A stretch of DNA of 64,000 nt, from contig CAZWUI010000002.1 in NCBI GenBank assembly GCA_964637515.1, forward strand, positions 16,665 to 80,664. The letters are read 5' to 3'. Shown here piece after piece: positions 41,486 through 47,959 of this stretch. The translations under genes and the position numbers were made by a program. The stretch comes from an uncultured Bacteroidaceae bacterium. Its GTDB lineage: Bacteria; Bacillota; Clostridia; Christensenellales; CAG-917. The notes below the pieces were generated by a model. It had not been told where the DNA came from. It saw only the letters and a program-made list of their open reading frames with translations, and made no database searches. The first letter of the stretch is position 1. Each line of letters begins with the position of its first letter.

Positions 41486-43252
41486 ATGCTTAGAACCGCA
41501 TACGTAAAAAGAACCACCTACAAGCCGATTGACTTTTTCTTCCGCGGGGTAGCGGATGCAAAGACGAAAAAGGTTGTTTTCGTAGACGCTTTCCAAATAC
41601 TTAACGACAGGTATCTCGGAAGAATGAGCGTATGCAACTATTTCTTCATAGCGGAAAACTCCGTCCGCATCAACGAATTGAACGTTATTGCGCTTGACGA
41701 ACTGACGAATTATCATCTCGTAATGCGCGCGAATTTCTTGATTCCCGAGAAGGTGACGTATAGTTTGCCTATCACGACTCGTTTTCTTGAGAACGAGAAA
41801 GAATTTGAGATATTGCTTTCGACGATCAAGGACAACGGCTACAAGAAAGGCGACCTGATCATTTCATTCAACAGCAACACCATCATGAAGATTGACGACG
41901 AAGCGAAGAAACGTTACGATCGCTTGCGCCGACTCGGATACAAGACCTGCATTAACGGATTTGGTGAGGAGTTCAACTCACTTGACGTATTTGCGCGGTT
42001 CAATTTTGATTATTTACGTCTTGAAGCGCAGTATTTTGACAGCACTCAACCCAAGAAACGCATACTGAACATGCTTGTGAAGTATTGCGGAGCGAACAAA
42101 ATCGGGCTTATTGTTGAAGGCGTAGACACCCCGGGACAACTAAATAGGTTCAAACGCGAAGGCGTGAAACTCGTGACGGGCAAAGCGGTGTCCAAACTTT
42201 CCCGTTGGGTTACGAACGAATTTTTGGGACTTCCCGAACTGAAAGGAGAGAAAAAGGAAGCCTATCTCAAGAAACTCGACAAGGAAATCACCGCTCTTGA
42301 GAATAAGGAGCAGGCGGAATACGAAGAGATGATGCGCATTGCGCGTGAAAAGGCGAAAGCGGATGCGACGAGCGGCAAAGTCCGTCCGATAGCACCGAGA
42401 CCCGAGCTTGTCAAATCTCCCTATCAAATCAGGCTCGAACAACAAAAAGAGAGAGCACGTCGTGCTGCGCTTGCAAGGGCAGAGAAATCGGCGGAGCACA
42501 AAGAAGAAGTCCGCTTGACGAGAGAAGAGTATCGAGAGCAACGACTTATCGAAGACGCAAGACACGATATGTTCGAGGGTGACGTGCAGAGCATACTTGC
42601 ATTGGGCGCACACGCGGACGAGAAAGCGAAAACCGAAAGTGCGGACGAGAAAGAGAAGAAACCCGCAAAAGCGGAAACCAAGAAGAAAGAAACCGCAAAG
42701 AAAGAAGTTGAAGTCGCACCCGAAACGGTCGAACCCGTAGTCGAAGAAAAGGCGACTGCAAAAAAGAAATCCAAGAAGACGAAAGACGTCGTCGCGGACA
42801 CCGACAAAGAGAACAAACTTCTCGGCGAGTTCAAGGGCGGTAGTCTTGACAAACAATTAGGATTCGGCAGCGGATTCGGTGGATTCGGCATCAATCTCTC
42901 TTTCAAGGACGAGGACGAAGAAGAAATCGTCGGTCACTACAACGAGAAAGGTCAGTGGATCGATGAGGACGGATATATCTACAACGGCTACTTCGACGAA
43001 AAAGGCGAGTGGCACGACTATGAGACTTTCAACGCAAACGAAGAAGGTCACTACAACGACGACGGTCAGTGGGTGGATAAGGACGGCAAAGTCTACGACG
43101 GCTACTTTGACGAGAACGGCAGGTGGATTGACTACACCTACGTGGACGACAACGGCAACACCGTATCCAACGGCTACTACGACGAGAAGATCAAAAAGTG
43201 GGTTCCGTACGGCTACTTCGATGAAGACGGCACGTGGAAACTGTATGAATAA
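41486..43252 (+). CDS. Degenerate (probably non-catalytic) EAL-like domain protein with K/E-rich coiled region and C-terminal aromatic-Gly-Asp repeats
   Basis: The EAL-domain scaffold is recognisable: YKPI for YQPI, LRRLGYKTCINGFGEEFNSL for ..lDDFGtGySSL, and LIVEGVDTPGQL for vAEGVEt..q. The catalytic signature residues are replaced: EAL>DAF, ExxE>SFNS, DD>NG, KxD>RLE, and QG>TG. RBS GGAGG precedes ATG 41486. The C-terminus has ~15-aa repeats GY(F/N)DE.G.W.D. Confidence 0.65.
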   Translation: MLRTAYVKRTTYKPIDFFFRGVADAKTKKVVFVDAFQILNDRYLGRMSVCNYFFIAENSVRINELNVIALDELTNYHLVMRANFLIPEKVTYSLPITTRFLENEKEFEILLSTIKDNGYKKGDLIISFNSNTIMKIDDEAKKRYDRLRRLGYKTCINGFGEEFNSLDVFARFNFDYLRLEAQYFDSTQPKKRILNMLVKYCGANKIGLIVEGVDTPGQLNRFKREGVKLVTGKAVSKLSRWVTNEFLGLPELKGEKKEAYLKKLDKEITALENKEQAEYEEMMRIAREKAKADATSGKVRPIAPRPELVKSPYQIRLEQQKERARRAALARAEKSAEHKEEVRLTREEYREQRLIEDARHDMFEGDVQSILALGAHADEKAKTESADEKEKKPAKAETKKKETAKKEVEVAPETVEPVVEEKATAKKKSKKTKDVVADTDKENKLLGEFKGGSLDKQLGFGSGFGGFGINLSFKDEDEEEIVGHYNEKGQWIDEDGYIYNGYFDEKGEWHDYETFNANEEGHYNDDGQWVDKDGKVYDGYFDENGRWIDYTYVDDNGNTVSNGYYDEKIKKWVPYGYFDEDGTWKLYE

Positions 43253-43257
43253 TAGCA

Positions 43258-44481
43258 ATGGCAGACGAAGTGAACAACGAAATCAATTCCGACGTCAATG
43301 AATCCGTGGCGGACGTGGCGGAGAATACCGTGGAGAAGTCCGGCAATAAGGCGGAAAAGGCGGAGAAGCCCAAAAAAATCAAGGCTCACCGCATGACCAA
43401 GGAAGAAAAGGAAGCGGCACGTGAAGCGCAAAAGGAGAAATCCCGCCGACAAAAGGAATGGGAAGATAGCCTTGTCGCGAACAAGCGTGTCAAACGAGAA
43501 GAAACTCGGCGCAAATTCAAACGTGCGTTGATGGTTCTGCTCGTGTTTTCGCTTATCTTGACGTCGGTTGTTTACATCATGTTGCTTTTCATCGAAGAGA
43601 ACAATATCCGTATCACCGCATCGTCGAAAAACGATAAGTCGATCGAGTTGTCCTTCGATCGTGACAACTGGTCGCCCTTCCTTGACGTGAAAGGTCCTGA
43701 AGATATGTGGAACGTGAGTTACGATCCGACCTACGAGCAGGGGGACGTGCTGACCTTGTCCGCTATCGAATCCAAACTCCGCGCCTATGCGGAAAATCCC
43801 GATCAAAATGCGATCAGCGGAAACCATTCTCGTAGCAATATCATCGAGTTCTGTTTCTTCTTGCGCAATAGCGGAAGTGAAAGAGTGCAATACAATGCCG
43901 AAATGCTCTTGTCATCCAACGACGAAGGTCTTGAAGATGCTATCCGTGTCGCTTGGGGGGAAGGCTACTACGGCACCAATGCAGAACAACCCGACCGCGC
44001 TCAATACGACGTCAGATGCTATGCTGCTCCGTCGGATAGAGAAGTGTTGAGTTTCAGTCAGATTGACGGCAAAGGCAACGTCTATGAACAGGGCGGTGTC
44101 GAGAAAATCGCATACCCCGCTTGGACGAGCGGTAAGTGGGACTCTGCCGCCAAAGCGCCTTGCACCACGGAACAACTCCAACAGTATGAACAAGGTCTTG
44201 TGTTGAACACCGTCACCGGAAATTATCAGGAAGTCAGCCTTCTCGACAAAAAAGGCGAACAGATTTACGATACCGCAAACGATTACCTTCTTGCCACCGG
44301 CTATCAAAACACGATACCGTTTGTCGGCAACGATTGCGTGTTCGACAACGTTTCCTACCTGAACGCAGGCGAAACACTTTGCGTCTACGTTGCGATATGG
44401 ATCGAAGGCTCCGACTTTGATTGCGGTGACAATGCAATTGACGGCTATGTCACGCTTTCGATCAACTTCACGGTGGAATAA
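43258..44481 (+). CDS. Type-II membrane-anchored TasA/camelysin-like protein (candidate fibre anchor or accessory subunit)
   Basis: ~90-aa K/E-rich cytoplasmic N-terminus and a single TM (ALMVLLVFSLILTSVVYIMLLFI). The ectodomain opens with EENNIRITASS (compare VEDLNIAVKAA in the next gene). It ends in VYVAIWIEGSDFDCGDNAIDGYVTLSINFTVE, the same motif as the 358-aa protein. Confidence 0.6.
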   Translation: MADEVNNEINSDVNESVADVAENTVEKSGNKAEKAEKPKKIKAHRMTKEEKEAAREAQKEKSRRQKEWEDSLVANKRVKREETRRKFKRALMVLLVFSLILTSVVYIMLLFIEENNIRITASSKNDKSIELSFDRDNWSPFLDVKGPEDMWNVSYDPTYEQGDVLTLSAIESKLRAYAENPDQNAISGNHSRSNIIEFCFFLRNSGSERVQYNAEMLLSSNDEGLEDAIRVAWGEGYYGTNAEQPDRAQYDVRCYAAPSDREVLSFSQIDGKGNVYEQGGVEKIAYPAWTSGKWDSAAKAPCTTEQLQQYEQGLVLNTVTGNYQEVSLLDKKGEQIYDTANDYLLATGYQNTIPFVGNDCVFDNVSYLNAGETLCVYVAIWIEGSDFDCGDNAIDGYVTLSINFTVE

Positions 44482-44636
44482 GGTTACCGTCCCCGCAAGA
44501 TTCCGTCGCTTGCTCGGAATGACATGGTGTGGCGGGGAGTGCCGTTAGGGTGTGGGTGATAGAGAAAGTTGATTGCAACTCAACTGTCATTGCGAGGAGC
44601 AATGCGACGCAGCAATCTCCGGGAAAGAAACCGCTT

Positions 44637-44666
44637 AAAAACACTCGATGAGTGTTTTTATTTTTC
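44637..44666 (+). terminator. rho-independent terminator ~155 nt after the 43258-44481 gene
   Basis: Stem aaaaacactc/gagtgttttt with a 3-nt loop, followed by ATTTTT. Confidence 0.8.
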
Positions 44667-44973
44667 TTGAAAAGAGAAAAAATAAAAAAAATATTAAAAA
44701 AATTTTCTTTAAAAGAGTGAAAATAGTTTAAGTGAGAAAAACGCATATGCGTGCGTATATGGGCGTATGCACACGAGGCTGATATATTAAAATAATATGC
44801 AAGAAAACGGCGAAAAAATCACGAAATATGGATAATTTGATGAATAAAAATACGGCAGTTCAAATATGGTTGAAGAGTTAAGATCCGCGGAAAACTCGGG
44901 AAAAATTCACGGAAAAAGTGCATTATTTCGAGAGAAAATCAACAGATATCGGGGTCGTGTTGAAAAAATATCA

Positions 44974-45002
44974 TTGACAAATTTTTGCAATAATTATACA
45001 AT
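44974..45002 (+). promoter_or_regulatory. Near-consensus sigma-A-type promoter of the fibre-subunit gene
   Basis: TTGACA (44974-44979), 17 nt, then TACAAT (44997-45002). It sits at the end of a ~500-bp very AT-rich tract and leaves a ~200-nt leader. Confidence 0.65.
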
Positions 45003-45073
45003 GTTCGTGAATAAGAGTGGGTTGGTGTGCATTCTCACGCGGAGTGCGCGCGCAAAACATGATTGTTCGGGCG

Positions 45074-45114
45074 CATTAAAGGGGCAATAGTTGCGTATGC
45101 GGCGACATAAGCAC
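45074..45114. repeat. Left copy of a 41-bp inverted repeat (in the fibre-gene 5' leader)
   Basis: cattaaaggggcaatagttgc-gtatgc-ggcgacataagcac. The reverse complement of 46626-46666 is identical in both arms (21 + 14 nt) and differs only in the 6-nt centre (ttacgt). Confidence 0.9.
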
Positions 45115-45212
45115 TCACTATGAGAGGGCGTCCTCAAGTTAAAAGAAAATAATCAAACAAAATATAAAAAGTCGGTCGGAGCGGAAGTGACGGCTGATGA
45201 AAAGGAGAGATT

Positions 45213-46289
45213 ATGAAAAAGAAAGGTTTGATAGTAGCAACCATCGTGATGGTACTCGTCCTTGCAGTATCACTCTCGACCGCAACCTACGCCTGGTTCT
45301 CTAGCGAAGCTCAAGCCACTGTTGAAGATTTGAACATAGCAGTCAAAGCGGCAACCGGTGTTGAAATTGCTGTTTATGAATCCGGTGACAAGTATTTCAA
45401 CGGTGATATGACTTATTCGCAAGACACTCAAGCTTGGAATTCTGAAACAGAAGGTTTTGGCACCTTGCTCAATTTCAGCAATATCGACCTTGGTCAAATT
45501 AACAATGCTATCCTTTATGCAAGTAGCACAAATTTGAATAATGTTCCTGCCGCAGCAAAATTTGTTTATACTATAGGAACAAAAGAAGTTGGCGCAACCC
45601 TTACTACGACTGACTATATCATCAATGCAGACGGCAGCATCACTCAATGCACTGCAGATTCTCAAGCTGTTGCAGATACCACTTATGCAACGAGAGTACC
45701 ACTTACGGCAGATAGCAAATTCTACAGACCTACCGGACTTGACAATGCCGGTGATCCTTATGGATTCTACGTTGCAAAACCCAACGATAAGATTACAAAC
45801 GTCTATACCACATATTATGACATTCCTCTTGCAATGCGTGCGGTTAAGAACACTAACGGCATCGTCTGCACTCTCAAGATTAAACCCAACGGAGATATTA
45901 CAAACACATTGTATCCCGGAATGGCGGCATCCACTTATGTCAATATGTATATCACCAATGCTTCCGGCGAACAATACGCAGCGACTTTCGAAGCATATAA
46001 GTCTGCAACTTATTCATCAGGTGCAATCACCGGTGAAATTGAAACCGAAGGCGCATACTCTTTCGTCGTAGCAAAAGGTGCTCTTACTACAAGCGATATT
46101 TACAAAATTCGTTTCGAAATCTGGGTTGAAGGCACTGATCCTGAATGCAACAACACCACCACTCAAGCAACCGACTTCTACGTTGATTATTCCTTTGACG
46201 TCATCGATGAAGAAATTACCGGCACTAGCATTGATAAAGAGGGCGTAACTTATCAAGTTATTGACGGCTTGACTCAAACCAAAGCATAA
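45213..46289 (+). CDS. Secreted TasA/camelysin-like protein with SipW-cognate-type signal peptide (candidate major fibre subunit)
   Basis: RBS AAGGAGAG. The N-terminus MKKKGLIVATIVMVLVLAVSLSTATYA|WFSSEAQATV parallels B. subtilis TasA ...GGGTWA|AFNDIKSKDATF in position and pattern. The C-terminal IRFEIWVEGTDPECNNTTTQATDFYVDYSFDV fits the W..(6-8)..N..Q..alternating-hydrophobic end of the TasA/camelysin family. SipW-type peptidase genes are adjacent. Confidence 0.7.
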   Translation: MKKKGLIVATIVMVLVLAVSLSTATYAWFSSEAQATVEDLNIAVKAATGVEIAVYESGDKYFNGDMTYSQDTQAWNSETEGFGTLLNFSNIDLGQINNAILYASSTNLNNVPAAAKFVYTIGTKEVGATLTTTDYIINADGSITQCTADSQAVADTTYATRVPLTADSKFYRPTGLDNAGDPYGFYVAKPNDKITNVYTTYYDIPLAMRAVKNTNGIVCTLKIKPNGDITNTLYPGMAASTYVNMYITNASGEQYAATFEAYKSATYSSGAITGEIETEGAYSFVVAKGALTTSDIYKIRFEIWVEGTDPECNNTTTQATDFYVDYSFDVIDEEITGTSIDKEGVTYQVIDGLTQTKA

Positions 46290-46310
46290 AAACTAAACCA
46301 AACCTTACAT

Positions 46311-46341
46311 AAAAAAGAGAGCCAAACGGCTCTCTTTTTTA
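46311..46341 (+). terminator. rho-independent terminator after the fibre-subunit gene
   Basis: Stem gagagcc/ggctctc with loop aaac, flanked by AAAAAA and TTTTTT. Confidence 0.85.
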
Positions 46342-46398
46342 TTCAGTTCAGTCGGTTAGAACTGCGGTTTTTGTTGCGTTTGCAAAATAACCGTTCCA

Positions 46399-46430
46399 CA
46401 AAAAAAAGAGCCATTGCGGCTCTTTTTTTA
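46399..46430 (-). terminator. Mirror-image terminator belonging to the decayed convergent paralogue
   Basis: Stem gagcc/ggctc flanked by A- and T-tracts. Its minus-strand flank ctagaccaaacctaaacacataaaaaaagagcc closely matches the plus-strand flank ctaaaccaaaccttacataaaaaagagagcc after the intact gene. Confidence 0.7.
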
Positions 46431-46453
46431 TGTGTTTAGGTTTGGTCTAGTTA

Positions 46454-46625
46454 TCAAGTACCACTTTCTGTGGTTCTAGCAGGATGGTTGGTGCTGAAAT
46501 TGATATAGATTTCAGAAGAAACACCTTTTGCTTGGTCGCAGCAGTCGGTATCGGTTCCGTCAATTCAAATAAGAAGATGAATTTGATAAATGGTTTGTCT
46601 GTCCAGATAATTAGTGCCAGTAGTG
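46454..46625 (-). pseudogene. 3' remnant of a third TasA-like paralogue with an in-frame TGA at the conserved Trp
   Basis: Minus-strand translation is ..TTTGTNYLDRQTIYQIHLLI*IDGTDTDCCDQAKGVSSEIYINFSTNHPARTTESGT*. It aligns with ..LTTSDIYKIRFEIWVEGTDPECNNTTTQATDFYVDYSFDV of the intact gene. The TGA (46565-46567) replaces the W codon. There is no start codon, RBS or N-terminal ~300 codons, and the remnant abuts the right inverted repeat. Confidence 0.7.
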
Positions 46626-46666
46626 GTGCTTATGTCGCCACGTAAGCAACTATTGCCCCTTTAATG
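46626..46666. repeat. Right copy of the 41-bp inverted repeat
   Basis: gtgcttatgtcgcc-acgtaa-gcaactattgcccctttaatg, which is the reverse complement of 45074-45114 except for the central 6 nt. Confidence 0.9.
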
Positions 46667-46752
46667 TGACGAAACAAAACGTGCGCACGGGTGGGAAAAT
46701 ACAAAATCGGGCGGAGTTTGGCAGGGTGGAAGTCGCTGTGTGAAAATTGGGG

Positions 46753-46781
46753 TTGACACTATTCACTATTAGTTATATAAT
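46753..46781 (+). promoter_or_regulatory. Consensus sigma-A-type promoter of sipW-like gene 1
   Basis: TTGACA (46753-46758), 17 nt, then TATAAT (46776-46781). It leaves a ~190-nt leader. Confidence 0.7.
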
Positions 46782-46974
46782 AACTATGAGTAAGTGGGGT
46801 GGTCCCTGCTCGCTCGTTATCCTGCTCGGTCGTCAAAGCGGTTCATTCCGTGCTAGGGCAATAAGCATTCGACTATCGGGCTACAAATTCGCTTGCGGAG
46901 AACGTAGCGTGCCGTTCGGCACGTGTAAAGGGCAATAGGCATTTGTTTTCGGCAGGAAAGGAAAAGGGATTTTT

Positions 46975-47784
46975 ATGTCCAATCTGTTTGCAAAAAGAGA
47001 GAAAAAAGAACTCTCTCCATCTCAACAAAAAGCCAAAACGATTATCGGGTGGGTGGTCAGTGCAATCTGTATCGTCATCATAATCGCCGCTTTGGCTATC
47101 TCCGTGCTCACCATCACTCGCACAACGAGCGATAACGGTGTGGCACATCTCGGGAAGCACACGTTCAATTCCGTCGTCACCGACTCAATGGAACCGACTA
47201 TTGCGAAAGGTGAACTCATCATCGCGAAGGTCTACAACGACGAAACCGATCGTGGCTCTTTGCAAGTCGGGCAAACTATCGTCTACAAAAAACTTATGTA
47301 CAATAGCGCCGCCGGCGGAAACGTCGAAGTGTTTTTCGTGCATAGAATAGATAGTCTCGGCGCTGCGTCTTGCCACGTCATAGGCGACAATCCCAACACC
47401 GCCGAACAAGATGATAACGTTTCGTACAACAATATCATCGCGACTTGGGGCTCTCCCGCAACTCTCAACGAGGACGGCACTTTCACCGTCACCAAGGATA
47501 GCAAGGGCGCATCGCTTGGCAAGCTCGGCACTTTCGTCAACTGGCTCCAAGAAGACCGCACCAATTATTTCTGCGTGATAGTTTTGCCGCTCATTTTGCT
47601 CTTCGTCATCTACGGTTTCGTGCTTATCCGCGCTCTCGTCATCGCAAAACTCTCAAAGGATAACGAGAAGAAGTCCGTCAGCGTCGAAGACCTGTCCGAA
47701 GACGAGAAAAAACGCCTTGCCGCAGAGTTGCTCGCATCTCTCACCGAAAAGAAAGAAACCGAACAAATCGACTCCGATTCGTAA
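46975..47784 (+). CDS. SipW-type (ER/archaeal-type, S26B) signal peptidase I, long form with C-terminal TM and acidic tail
   Basis: N-terminal TM. Ser box VVTDSMEPTI, His box FFVHRID, and GDN box VIGDNPNTAEQD, compared with B. subtilis SipW SGSMEP / THRIV / KGDNN..D. A second TM (YFCVIVLPLILLFVIYGFVLI) and the tail VEDLSEDEKKRLAAELLAS follow. Confidence 0.85.
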   Translation: MSNLFAKREKKELSPSQQKAKTIIGWVVSAICIVIIIAALAISVLTITRTTSDNGVAHLGKHTFNSVVTDSMEPTIAKGELIIAKVYNDETDRGSLQVGQTIVYKKLMYNSAAGGNVEVFFVHRIDSLGAASCHVIGDNPNTAEQDDNVSYNNIIATWGSPATLNEDGTFTVTKDSKGASLGKLGTFVNWLQEDRTNYFCVIVLPLILLFVIYGFVLIRALVIAKLSKDNEKKSVSVEDLSEDEKKRLAAELLASLTEKKETEQIDSDS

Positions 47785-47959
47785 CCGTCTTCAGAGAACG
47801 CAGACTCTTGCGATGCTTTCGTTTCTGCAGAGAATAGCGAAATTCAATCGTCGGATACCGCCGACGTTTCTGATACCATAGGGGAGGAAGGCGGGCAACA
47901 ATAACCGTGCTTTTCGGCGCGAGTTTTGACGTCTATGACGTCAAGTCCGTGATAATATT

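Noticed and set aside
44866-45090. 74-aa ORF upstream of the fibre gene, and the analogous 63-aa ORF at 46747-46938 upstream of sipW-like gene 1. Both end in ..KGQ*.
   Set aside because: Both start upstream of, and run across, the near-consensus promoters, and neither has an RBS. The shared KGQ-stop ending simply reflects translation of the conserved nucleotide box AAGGG(G)CAATAG.
45001-45090. Idea that the conserved leader boxes encode a short leader peptide (MFVNKSGLVC... vs MSKWGGPCSL...).
   Set aside because: The candidate ATGs overlap or directly abut the -10 hexamers. Box 1 (AGTGGGKTGGT) falls in different reading registers in the two leaders, so conservation is at the nucleotide level, not the peptide level.
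46565-46567. In-frame TGA at the conserved Trp of the paralogue remnant read as evidence for a UGA=Trp genetic code.
   Set aside because: TGA terminates well-conserved genes at their expected lengths in this window (for example ruvB at 3194-3196, relA at 13672-13674, and the McrC-like gene). The remnant also lacks a start, an RBS and ~300 N-terminal codons. Pseudogene is the simpler reading.
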